DNA of 64,000 nucleotides from an uncultured Clostridia bacterium. Lineage in GTDB: Bacteria > Bacillota > Clostridia > Oscillospirales > Ruminococcaceae. The DNA is taken from the NCBI GenBank assembly GCA_947177735.1, contig CAMWVP010000001.1, positions 1,761 to 65,760 of the forward strand, read 5' to 3'. The notes under the pieces were generated by a model. The model was given only the letters and a program-made list of their open reading frames with translations. It made no database searches and had not been told where the DNA came from. Below, one piece after another: positions 9,123 to 18,203 of the stretch; position 1 is the first letter of the stretch; every line of letters begins with the position of its first letter. Position numbers and translations under genes: made by a program.

Positions 9123-10217
9123 ATGAAGCTAGGAATGGTAGGGCTGCCGAACGTCGGCAAAAGCACCCTTTTTAACGCGCTTACCAACGCCGGCGCGGAG
9201 TCCGCGAATTATCCGTTCTGCACGATAGAACCGAACGTCGGCATCGTTTCCGTGCCCGACGAACGTCTCGACGAGCTGGCGAAAATGTATAAACCCGAAA
9301 AGTTCACGCCCGCAACGCTCGAGTTCGTCGATATCGCGGGGCTCGTCAAGGGAGCGTCAAAGGGCGAGGGTCTCGGCAATAAGTTCCTCTCGAATATCCG
9401 CGAGGTTGACGCTATCGTTCATGTCGTGCGCTGCTTTGACGACGACAATATCATCCACGTCGACGGCAGCATCGGCGCCGCGCGCGATATCGAAACGATA
9501 AACCTCGAGCTGATATTCTCCGACCTGGAGATACTCGAGCGCCGCATAGACCGCGCTAAAAAGGCGCTTAAAGGCGATAAGTCCATGCAGAGCGAGGTCG
9601 ACTTCTTCGAGAGCCTCAAGGCGCACCTCGAGAACGGAAAATCCGCGCGGAGCTACGACTACTCCGACGAGGAACGCGCTATGCTGCGCGATACTCCGTT
9701 GCTGTCGAACAAGCCCGTTATTTACGCGGCGAATATGTCCGAGGCGGACTTCACGGGCAATATCGAGAACAACGCCGAATATAAAGCCGTCTGCGCGGTG
9801 GCTGCCGAGGAGAACGCCGAGGTGCTGCCTATCTGCGCGCAGATCGAGGCTGAGATTGCGGATATGCCCGACGAGGACAAGGAGCTTTTCCTTGCGGATA
9901 TGCACCTTGAAAGCTCGGGACTGGCGCGTATCATCAAGACGGGCTATCGGCTTCTGGGGCTTATCTCATTCCTTACGGCGGGCACTCCCGAAGTACGCGC
10001 CTGGACGATAACAAAGGGCACTAAGGCTCCGCAGGCTGCCGGAAAGATACACACCGACTTCGAGAAGGGATTTATCCGCGCAGAGATCGTCTCCTTCGAC
10101 GACCTTATGAGCTGCGGTTCAATGGCGGCGGCTAAGGAAAAGGGGCTGGTGCGGCTCGAGGGCAAGGACTATGTAATGCAGGACGGCGATGTTACGCTGT
10201 TCCGTTTCAATGTGTAA
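9123..10217 (+). CDS. ychF: Redox-regulated ATPase YchF (Obg family)
   Basis: GLPNVGKST, NYPFCTIEPN, DIAGLV, GEGLGNKFL, C-terminal TGS ...DGDVTLFRFNV. Confidence 0.97.
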   Translation: MKLGMVGLPNVGKSTLFNALTNAGAESANYPFCTIEPNVGIVSVPDERLDELAKMYKPEKFTPATLEFVDIAGLVKGASKGEGLGNKFLSNIREVDAIVHVVRCFDDDNIIHVDGSIGAARDIETINLELIFSDLEILERRIDRAKKALKGDKSMQSEVDFFESLKAHLENGKSARSYDYSDEERAMLRDTPLLSNKPVIYAANMSEADFTGNIENNAEYKAVCAVAAEENAEVLPICAQIEAEIADMPDEDKELFLADMHLESSGLARIIKTGYRLLGLISFLTAGTPEVRAWTITKGTKAPQAAGKIHTDFEKGFIRAEIVSFDDLMSCGSMAAAKEKGLVRLEGKDYVMQDGDVTLFRFNV

Positions 10218-10218
10218 T

Positions 10219-10920
10219 ATGAAAACGATAGGTTTAATAGGCGGAATGAGCTGGGAGAGCACGGTCACATATTACCGTGTCATCAACGAAACGGTCAGCC
10301 GTATGCTCGGCGGGCTGCACTCAGCTAAAATAGTGATGTACAGCGTGGACTTCGCGGAGATCGAAGAGTGCCAGGCAAACGGAGATTGGGCGAAAAGCGC
10401 CGAGATTCTCAGCGCGGCGGCTCAAAGCCTGCGTACGGCGGGGGCGGACTTTATCGTCATCTGCACCAACACCATGCACAAGGTCGTGCCCGAAATATCG
10501 TCGACGGTTGATATCCCGATAATGCACATCGCCGATGCGACAGCGGAAGCGCTTCTCGCGGACGGCGTAAAGACCGCGGCGCTGCTCGGCACCAAGTATA
10601 CGATGCGGCAGGACTTCTACAAGGAGCATCTGACGGAGCGGGGGATAGACGTGCTTGTCCCCGATGACGGGGATATCGAAACGGTGAACCGCGTTATATA
10701 TGACGAGCTCTGCCGCGGCGTTATCTCGCCCGTGTCGCGTGCGGAATATGTGCACATAATCGGAAAGCTGAAAGAGCGCGGCGCAGAGGCGGTAATTCTC
10801 GGCTGCACCGAGATAGGACTGCTGATCGATGAGCAAAGTTCGCCGCTGCCCGTATACGATACGACGGTCATACACGCCGAAAAAGCCGCTAAATACGCGG
10901 CGGGGACGGGGGAAATATAA
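10219..10920 (+). CDS. Aspartate/glutamate racemase family protein
   Basis: MKTIGLIGGMSWEST start; both catalytic cysteines (ICTNT, LGCTEI); ATG at 10219. Confidence 0.92.
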   Translation: MKTIGLIGGMSWESTVTYYRVINETVSRMLGGLHSAKIVMYSVDFAEIEECQANGDWAKSAEILSAAAQSLRTAGADFIVICTNTMHKVVPEISSTVDIPIMHIADATAEALLADGVKTAALLGTKYTMRQDFYKEHLTERGIDVLVPDDGDIETVNRVIYDELCRGVISPVSRAEYVHIIGKLKERGAEAVILGCTEIGLLIDEQSSPLPVYDTTVIHAEKAAKYAAGTGEI

Positions 10921-11660
10921 TGAACAAGGTAATAAGATGCCAGAACAAAAATAACAAAAAAATAGCCGGACTGTTGGTCGCTCAGGTGATCTGCGGAGTA
11001 ATGCCCGTGCTCCTGCTGGTGGCATTTGTGACGTTTAAGCTGTATGAAACGAAGATCATCGCGCTGGTAGCGATCGGGCTCATCTTTTTGTGCAACGTCG
11101 GATATATGCTGCTCGCGCGGCGGTACAACGTACTGAACAGCGGCAGGCGCGGCGAAAAGCAGCTGTATAAGACCGTCCGACACTTAAACGGAAACAATAT
11201 CATTTTCTGCAACCTCCCCGTGCGATATAAGCGCGGACGCTCGGAGCTGGATATGCTGATAATCAGCCACAAGGGGCTTATCATCGTCGAGGTGAAGAAC
11301 CACTCGGGCACTATCCAGGGGAGCTGGAAAGCCGACAAGTGGGAGCAGCGCAAGTACTACCGCGGCGGAAAAAGCACATCTCAGGAAATGGACAACCCGA
11401 TAAAGCAGATGCGCCGCCAGCGCGATATCGTCAAGAGCATACTCAACGCGGCGGGCGAGGACGTTTGGATCGATACGGTGCTGTATTTTTCGAGCAGCAA
11501 CGCCAAGCTCAAGCTCAACCTGCGCGAAAACGACTACGTTTGCCTCGGCAGCAAGGAGCTGCTGCATTTTCTGGAGAGCTACGACCGCAACGAGATCATA
11601 TCGCGCGTTCAGATGGAGAAGTACGCGAGAATACTCAACGAGGCGCGCGCGAACATATAA
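10920..11660 (+). CDS. NERD (nuclease-related domain) protein with two N-terminal TM helices
   Basis: ELDMLIISHKGLIIVEVKNHSG and NPIKQ motifs; two hydrophobic segments at residues ~14-63. Confidence 0.8.
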   Translation: MNKVIRCQNKNNKKIAGLLVAQVICGVMPVLLLVAFVTFKLYETKIIALVAIGLIFLCNVGYMLLARRYNVLNSGRRGEKQLYKTVRHLNGNNIIFCNLPVRYKRGRSELDMLIISHKGLIIVEVKNHSGTIQGSWKADKWEQRKYYRGGKSTSQEMDNPIKQMRRQRDIVKSILNAAGEDVWIDTVLYFSSSNAKLKLNLRENDYVCLGSKELLHFLESYDRNEIISRVQMEKYARILNEARANI

Positions 11661-11732
11661 GTGAGACAGTCGCATACGAAAGACGAAAATATTGTCCGAA
11701 ATTACTCACGGGCTACGCGTCCAAATAAATAA

Positions 11733-11769
11733 CAAGCCGTAAATTCATATAGAAATTACGGCTGTTTTT
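11733..11769 (+). terminator. Intrinsic terminator after ychF operon
   Basis: AGCCGTAA...TTACGGCT hairpin followed by GTTTTT. Confidence 0.7.
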
Positions 11770-12002
11770 ATGTGCAAAAAAGTCTTTTCGCGGCACGATG
11801 CGGCTTAAAAACTTTCAACAGTTTTAACGGTAATAACCGTTGAAAGCGTGGTCAAAACTGTTGAAAAGTTGGGATTTCGACAGAGTTTTCAACCGATTTT
11901 CCCGAAAAAGGGCTTGTTTTGCTCAGCAGCGCCCTTTAAAATGTTGAAAAGCGTGTTAAAAACGTTAAAAACTTTAATTCTCAGTTGCGCAGTAATACAC
12001 GT

Positions 12003-12887
12003 TCACAGATCAAACATTTCATCGATTTTTTCGGCGATTGACTTCTCCGCACCGACGTTGTTTTTTCCGAGCAGCCTCGCGGTGATCTCGGTTTGTCCGC
12101 ACGCCGCCGAATAGTCGATCAGAGTCTCGCGAAGAGCCCGATCGATCATTCCCTCGGCGAGAGCGAGCTGCTCGACAAGTCCGCGGTCGATGATGTTTCT
12201 GAAAAGGTCGGGCTTAGAGACGTGGACAAAGCTGTTATGCTTTAAGGCGAGCTCAAAAATGTCGCCGCGCAGCGCGGTGTCCCAATCGAAAAAGGCGTTG
12301 TAGTTAAAAGGCTGCTCAAGGTCATTGGCGCCGATAAGCATATACATCGTCAGCTCAGGCGGCAGCAGCGGACAGTCGCGGAAGGCTTTTCCAACGAACG
12401 TTGCCTTGCACCCGTCGGGGAAAACCACGCTGCCGAGCTTCGGGCACGCGTCGAACACGCCGTCGTAGAGCATGCACTCCGATCTCGGCAGCACGACCTC
12501 CTCAAGCTGAGCGCACTCGAAAAACGTGTTTCCGCGCATAAGGACAATACTGTCGGGCAGAACTACGCGCTTCAGCGAATTGCAGCGCCTGAACATACTA
12601 TTGGTTATCTCCAGTCCTCTCGGAAGCTCAACGTTTTCCAGACCGCGGCAGTCCTCAAACACCCCGATATCCATAAGCGCCACGGTATCCGGCAGCTTTA
12701 CGGAACGCAGGTGAACGACTCCCCGAAACGCCTTTGCCGCGATACTCCGCACCTTACGGAAGTGCCACAGCGGCGGCACATTTACCTCGGTTATTTCCGC
12801 GTCGTCGGGGCGCAGATAGCGCACCAGCTCGCACCATCTGTCGCCCATATTGCGGAATTCGAAAAGCCTCGGAGTCTCAAAGCTCAT
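12003..12887 (-). CDS. BspA-type (LRR_5) leucine-rich repeat protein, copy 3
   Basis: Repeats xF..C..L..V.LP; start moved to ATG 12887 (RBS GGAGAG); no signal peptide. Confidence 0.85.
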   Translation of the reverse strand: MSFETPRLFEFRNMGDRWCELVRYLRPDDAEITEVNVPPLWHFRKVRSIAAKAFRGVVHLRSVKLPDTVALMDIGVFEDCRGLENVELPRGLEITNSMFRRCNSLKRVVLPDSIVLMRGNTFFECAQLEEVVLPRSECMLYDGVFDACPKLGSVVFPDGCKATFVGKAFRDCPLLPPELTMYMLIGANDLEQPFNYNAFFDWDTALRGDIFELALKHNSFVHVSKPDLFRNIIDRGLVEQLALAEGMIDRALRETLIDYSAACGQTEITARLLGKNNVGAEKSIAEKIDEMFDL

Positions 12888-13797
12888 ATTCTTCTCTCCC
12901 GTCAAAGCCGAACGTACGGTTCTTGAAGTCAAGCAGCCACGCGGTGAGCTCGGTCAGACCATGCGCGGCGGCACGATCGATAAGCTCCCCGACAGTTCCG
13001 GCATCAGAGAGCAGACCGCCCTCGGCAGCCGTTCGGATAAGCTCTCCGCGGCTGCACTCGATCGCCAAGGCAAAGAGCCGCGAAAGCTCCCCGCACTCCG
13101 CCCCGCGAAAACAGCCGTTCCTTACCGCAAGCTCGAAGATATCACGGCGCAGGATAGTCTCGGTATACTCGGTCTGACCGAAAACGGGAAGCTCATCGGG
13201 GATATCGCGGTACAGACGCGCGGGGAGCGGCGCAGTGAGATCAACGGAGCACAGCAGACCCATAAGTATGTTTTCGGCGCACAGCGCGGTGCAATTTCGG
13301 AACATACTGCCGCCGATGCGGGTGTTCGGGTTCAAAAACGCAACGCGCTTTAGCCTCGCGCAATCGTAGAACGCGTCGCTTTCCAGTAGCTCAAGGCTCT
13401 TCGGCAGGACTACATCGCTTAAATACGCGCAGGTGTTGAACGCGTATTTTCCTATCCTCCGCACTCCCTCCGGCAGCGTGATGTTCTTCAGCAGCAGGCA
13501 GTACGCGAACGCGCCTTCGCCTATCTCCGCAACGCTTCCGGGGATATTTATCTCCTCGAGCTCGAACATATTGGAAAACGCCTCCCAGCCTATCCTGACC
13601 ACGCCCTCGGGTATGGTCACGCGTCTGAGGTGGTATGCCTTATAGAACGCGCTGTCACCGATCGCGAGGACGCGCAGCCCGTTGTGCTCGGACGGCACCA
13701 CTACCTCCTCAATAGCGGAGTTTTGCCTTTGCAGATACTTCTCAAGACATACTCCGCCCTTTATCTCCGTAAATCGGAAAAGCTCGTTACAACTCAA
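12877..13797 (-). CDS. BspA-type leucine-rich repeat protein, copy 2
   Basis: IGxxAF..C..L..I.IP repeats; TTG start at 13797 behind GGAGGGG. Confidence 0.85.
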   Translation of the reverse strand: MSCNELFRFTEIKGGVCLEKYLQRQNSAIEEVVVPSEHNGLRVLAIGDSAFYKAYHLRRVTIPEGVVRIGWEAFSNMFELEEINIPGSVAEIGEGAFAYCLLLKNITLPEGVRRIGKYAFNTCAYLSDVVLPKSLELLESDAFYDCARLKRVAFLNPNTRIGGSMFRNCTALCAENILMGLLCSVDLTAPLPARLYRDIPDELPVFGQTEYTETILRRDIFELAVRNGCFRGAECGELSRLFALAIECSRGELIRTAAEGGLLSDAGTVGELIDRAAAHGLTELTAWLLDFKNRTFGFDGREEYEL

Positions 13798-14599
13798 AGT
13801 TATCCCCTCCGTCAAAGCCGAAACGCGTTCTTTTGTAATCAAGCAGCATTGCCGCAGCCTCTGCTTGTCCAAACGAGATGGCGGTCAACATCATCTTTTC
13901 TATATGATCCTCGTCTTTATCGTCAAGCCAACCCGCCCGTTCAACAAGTATAAGATACTCCGTGAGACCTTGTTTTACTATTTGGAGCAGCACAAGATCT
14001 CGATCGTTGTCATAGCTGCCGTATTTCAGTGCGAGACCGAAAACGTCGGGGCGCAGCGCGTTTTCCCAATCAAATTCAACGCAGCGTCTGAATGGTCTTG
14101 TATAATCTGTCGAGCCCGCGAGCCCCATCATCACAATCTCGGCGGGCAGCTTCGGCGACTCCAGAAACGCGCAGCTTTCGATGCTCCACAGGCTTTTTGG
14201 CAGCATTATACTCTCCAGCGACGTGCATTTGCGGAACGCGTTGCTGCCGATAACCTCAACGCCCTCGCAAAGCTCCGCGCTTTTCAGTGCCGTACACCCG
14301 AAAAACGCCGCCGCAGGGAGCTGCCGAATTCCTCCCGAAACGCGGACGCTCTCCAGGCTTGTACACTCGCGGAACGCTCCTCCGCCCAGCCTTTGCACAC
14401 TCCCGGGGATAACGAGCGCCCTTATAAACCGCGAGCGGGCGAACGCCTCAAATCCTATCTCCGTTACGGATTCGCCCGAATACTCCGACGGGATAACAAT
14501 ATCGGTCACGCTGCCGTCGCCCGCCGCAAGAAACTTTTTGAGCATTATACCGCTTGCGCACTTTTCATACTCGTACAAGCTGCTATAATTCAGATTCAT
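13787..14599 (-). CDS. BspA-type leucine-rich repeat protein, copy 1
   Basis: IGxxAF..CTSL repeats; start uncertain (ATG 14599 or GTG 14617). Confidence 0.85.
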   Translation of the reverse strand: MNLNYSSLYEYEKCASGIMLKKFLAAGDGSVTDIVIPSEYSGESVTEIGFEAFARSRFIRALVIPGSVQRLGGGAFRECTSLESVRVSGGIRQLPAAAFFGCTALKSAELCEGVEVIGSNAFRKCTSLESIMLPKSLWSIESCAFLESPKLPAEIVMMGLAGSTDYTRPFRRCVEFDWENALRPDVFGLALKYGSYDNDRDLVLLQIVKQGLTEYLILVERAGWLDDKDEDHIEKMMLTAISFGQAEAAAMLLDYKRTRFGFDGGDNFEL

Positions 14600-14629
14600 C
14601 ACCCCGTCATAAAACACGCAAACATTACC

Positions 14630-14667
14630 AAGCCGCCGACTTTAACATCGGCGGCTTTTGGTTTTAT
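14630..14667. terminator. Terminator-like hairpin between EAL gene and LRR cluster
   Basis: AAGCCGCCGA-CTTTAACA-TCGGCGGCTT hairpin with T-rich flank. Confidence 0.6.
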
Positions 14668-17600
14668 TCGGTCTTTGAAGCTTCCATGCTGCTCATCAAC
14701 AGCTTGTGGAAATCCTCGCTCGGCATCGGCTTGTAGTAGAAGAAGCCCTGTATCATATCACAGCCGAGGTCTTTCAGGAAATCAACCTGAACCTGCGTTT
14801 CAACGCCCTCGGAGACCGTCGCGAGGTTGAGGCTCTTAGCCAGCGTCACAACGGATGTGATTACCTTCTTGTTCTTCTCGGTAAGGTCGTTGCGGAGGAA
14901 GAATCCTCCGTCGATCTTGAGCGTATCGAACGGCAGCATCGTTATCAGATTGAGCGAGGAATATCCCGACCCGAAGTCGTCAACGGATATTCTGAACCCG
15001 CGATCTTTGAACCACGTCACCGTCTCGACCAGCTTATCAAGGTGCTCGGTGAGCAGGCTCTCGGTTATCTCAAGCTCGATAAGCTCGTGCGGAACGCCGA
15101 GATTGTCCACGAGCGCGTTCAGCTTCTCGCAGAAGTTGTCGTCCGCGAGATGGTGGCGCGACACGTTCAGCGAAACCAGCGGCACCTCCAGACCCTCGCG
15201 CAGCCAGCGCCGCATATCCGCGACAGCACTGCGGTAGATCGCGAAGTCCATCTCGGTGATAAAGCCGTTCTCCTCGAAGATAGGCACAAACTTGCCCGGA
15301 GAGATGATCTCGCCGTCGGGTCTTATCCAGCGCACCAGCGCCTCCGCGCCGACTACCCTGCCCGTCTCGATGTTGACCTTAGGCTGATAGAAAACTTTGA
15401 ACTCGTCGTTTTCAAGCGCGGTTATCATATTCGCCTCTATGTGACGGCGCTCTTTTATCTTCTCGCGCATCGCCCCGTCATAGAATACCACAAGGTTCTC
15501 GTGATAGTACGCCCTGTCGCGAATGGTTTTCTGGGCGATTATCGCTCTGTCGAGCGCGCCCATAACACCAACGGGGTCTTCGTTCATATCACATACACCC
15601 ACCAACAGATATATCTGGGTATGGAGCTTTTCGTATATCTGCTTCTGTATGCTGTTCATCATCAGATACAATCTCGCGATCAGCTCGTCGGCGTCAACAT
15701 TTTTGAAAAGAGCCGCGAAGCGCGAGCCCTCCGAACGCCCGAGCAGCTCTCCGTTTCCGATGCAGCGCTGCATTATATCCGCTATCGCTACGAGTATCGA
15801 GTTGCCCGTCTCATAGCCCTTTTCCTCGTTTATCCTGCGGAAATCCGCAACGTTTACTACCGCGACAAATCTGCCGGTTTCGTTATCGGTATTAGAAGAC
15901 GTGAGCTTGAGCGCCTCCGCGGTAAACACGTCGAACGTCATCACGCCCGTCAGCGAATCGGACATCTGTATCTTTCCGAGACAGTCGGTGATATCGGTGG
16001 AACTTATCACATAGCGGCGCTCGCCGTTTGAGTTCTCCTCGACCGAGGCGGTAACGTCCAGCCAGCGGCGGTCGTTTTCATCATAATACGCCGACGACGC
16101 GAACAGCTTATCCGTGCGGTCAAGCTGTAACGCGGGACAATTCACGCAAGGCTCGCTGCGCCCGCGCATCTTCTTGTAGCAAACGTCTCCGGAACGCATA
16201 CCGTAGTGATCGGCGGCGTTTTTTCCAACTAAATCCACCTCAAACGAGCCGGGGATTATCGTAAAGCCCTCCATACGGTGGTTGCTTATTATCGTGCTCT
16301 TGAAACGGCTGTTCCGTGCTCCCGCCCTGTTTTCCATATACATGGTGTACATCTCGGACAACGCGTTCGCGAGCCCGTCAATAATGTCCAAGTCCTGCGC
16401 GGACAGTTCAAATCCGCTGTCGAACACTACCGCGAAATACTCCGCGACCTCGCCGTTGCAGCGTATCGCACGGCACTCTGCACAAACCGCGCCGTTGCCC
16501 AGCGACAAGCCGTTTATCTTCTCGCCCGCAGTATGCAGACGGAGCTTATTCCTGCCCGCGAATATCCTGCGGATATCCTCGTCGGAGCAGCTCTGAACAA
16601 TGCACGGGCACTTTTCCGCGTCAATTCCCGTGGCACTATAAGTCATATAACGGCGGAATTTGCCGTTATCACTGTTAAACACATAGATATTGGACGCGCC
16701 GAGGCACTGCCCCGCCGCACGGAACGCCGACTTGAGCAGCTCGGGACGCTCGTTCTCATTGCAGAACGCTCTGATTATCAAGTCGTATACCTTAGCCGCG
16801 CCGCCGGACAGGTTCGCGGCTTCGGCGGACGTATTAGAGGTCTTTTTTGCGGACATCGCCGCGGAGTAGTGCATGAAGCACGCACCGCCGCTCTTCTGCG
16901 CCTCTGCAAGCGCCGCGGAGGATTCGCTGTAAACCTCGTCGAGCCTGCGCCCGTTCTTGAACAGCGACAACCCGACGCTTACCGTAACGGAAACGCCTTC
17001 AAAGATATAATCGCCGATCGTCCTGATAATGCGCCGCGCCGTATCATTCAGCGCCGCTATATTCGTAAAGCTCAGGTATATCAGAAATTCGCCGTCGCGC
17101 ACGCGCGATATAATTCCGTCATGCTCTAAAGACCTGATATCCTCAAGCATCTTGGAAACGGTTTTCTGTACATAGTCGGAATACTCCGTGCCCTGTTCCG
17201 CCATGACCTCGCGGAACTTATCGATGCCGACCGAGATCAGCGCCGCGTCCTTGTAGCGGTTCACGCCGTTGCGCCGCTCAAGCACGCAGTCACGGAACAG
17301 CTGCGGAGAATACGTACCTGTCAGCGGATCCTTGCCCTCGGCAGAGGTCTCGGCGCCGCCCTTTTCATCTGTTATATCGATAGTGCGCCCTATGACCTTT
17401 ACGGGCTTGCCGTCGTCGTCATAGGCGGTCTTTCCCTCATAGCGCAGCCATATCATCTCGTAGTTGTCGTTCATCGCCCGGATATCGCAGGTGATCTCCT
17501 TGTCGCCGCGCGCCATAGCGTCGCAGAAACGGTTGAACGCAGGAAGATCCTCCGTGCAGACGATGCCCCAGCTGATTATCGAGTCGCGGAAATGCACGAT

Positions 17601-17801
17601 AGGCTCGAGATTATCCTCGTATCTTCCGCTGAGTTTTTTATATTGATAGCAAATATCCGTTGCAATGTCGTATTCCCACAAGCCGAAATTGGTGTATTCC
17701 GAAGATATTTTGGTTCGCAGTTTTTCCGCCCGAAGAGACAACTTAAGGCGCTTTATCTCCTGCTGCGCTTTTCTGATCTCTTCCAACAAGTTATTTTCCA
17801 T
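14664..17801 (-). CDS. Cytoplasmic c-di-GMP phosphodiesterase (PAS-like, two degenerate GGDEF, EAL)
   Basis: AEALVRW, ELEITES, DDFGSGYSSL, LKID and EGVE intact; GGDEF sites read RDGEF and EGSRF. Confidence 0.88.
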   Translation of the reverse strand: MENNLLEEIRKAQQEIKRLKLSLRAEKLRTKISSEYTNFGLWEYDIATDICYQYKKLSGRYEDNLEPIVHFRDSIISWGIVCTEDLPAFNRFCDAMARGDKEITCDIRAMNDNYEMIWLRYEGKTAYDDDGKPVKVIGRTIDITDEKGGAETSAEGKDPLTGTYSPQLFRDCVLERRNGVNRYKDAALISVGIDKFREVMAEQGTEYSDYVQKTVSKMLEDIRSLEHDGIISRVRDGEFLIYLSFTNIAALNDTARRIIRTIGDYIFEGVSVTVSVGLSLFKNGRRLDEVYSESSAALAEAQKSGGACFMHYSAAMSAKKTSNTSAEAANLSGGAAKVYDLIIRAFCNENERPELLKSAFRAAGQCLGASNIYVFNSDNGKFRRYMTYSATGIDAEKCPCIVQSCSDEDIRRIFAGRNKLRLHTAGEKINGLSLGNGAVCAECRAIRCNGEVAEYFAVVFDSGFELSAQDLDIIDGLANALSEMYTMYMENRAGARNSRFKSTIISNHRMEGFTIIPGSFEVDLVGKNAADHYGMRSGDVCYKKMRGRSEPCVNCPALQLDRTDKLFASSAYYDENDRRWLDVTASVEENSNGERRYVISSTDITDCLGKIQMSDSLTGVMTFDVFTAEALKLTSSNTDNETGRFVAVVNVADFRRINEEKGYETGNSILVAIADIMQRCIGNGELLGRSEGSRFAALFKNVDADELIARLYLMMNSIQKQIYEKLHTQIYLLVGVCDMNEDPVGVMGALDRAIIAQKTIRDRAYYHENLVVFYDGAMREKIKERRHIEANMITALENDEFKVFYQPKVNIETGRVVGAEALVRWIRPDGEIISPGKFVPIFEENGFITEMDFAIYRSAVADMRRWLREGLEVPLVSLNVSRHHLADDNFCEKLNALVDNLGVPHELIELEITESLLTEHLDKLVETVTWFKDRGFRISVDDFGSGYSSLNLITMLPFDTLKIDGGFFLRNDLTEKNKKVITSVVTLAKSLNLATVSEGVETQVQVDFLKDLGCDMIQGFFYYKPMPSEDFHKLLMSSMEASKTE

Positions 17802-18060
17802 TTCCGCTCACCCCTTTGTAAATAAGAAACCGCTCCTATGTTAATTATAACTTATTACAATCGCAATGTCAAGTAGTTGTTGAATTTTAGGAGATTTGCA
17901 CAAAAAAACTTGTCAAAACCGAGGGAAAGGTAAATAGTTTTTGGGTATTATTTCGGGAATGTGAAAAAAGTAACGGTATTGTCTCGCTTCGCAACATTTT
18001 TTGTTGCTCCGCCAATTAAGGAATCGCTGATTTAATCCATTTTTCATTTTGAGTGCCGGT

Positions 18061-18176
18061 TTGTGGAAAAGTCCACATTCACGAGAAGCCCTCAGATACG
18101 AGAAAACTGCTTGTCGGTCAGCCTTAATGGCTGCCGAACAAGCAGTTGACGAAACAGATGAGGGTTTATCGACAGT
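18061..18176 (+). mobile_element. MITE-like element, copy A (degenerate, short variant)
   Basis: GAGAAGCCCTCAGA...GATGAGGGTTTATCGACAGT core; 6-bp deletion in inner TIR. Confidence 0.75.
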
Positions 18177-18203
18177 GCCGCACTGGCGGGCGGCACTGAA
18201 TAA

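Noticed and set aside
11812-11971. Chromosomal origin oriC
   Set aside because: No dnaA/dnaN adjacent, no perfect TTATCCACA boxes and no clear DUE
18020-18050. AATCGCTGA as the start of a c-di-AMP riboswitch
   Set aside because: Explained by the family-2 repeat end CTGATTTAATCC; other consensus elements are absent
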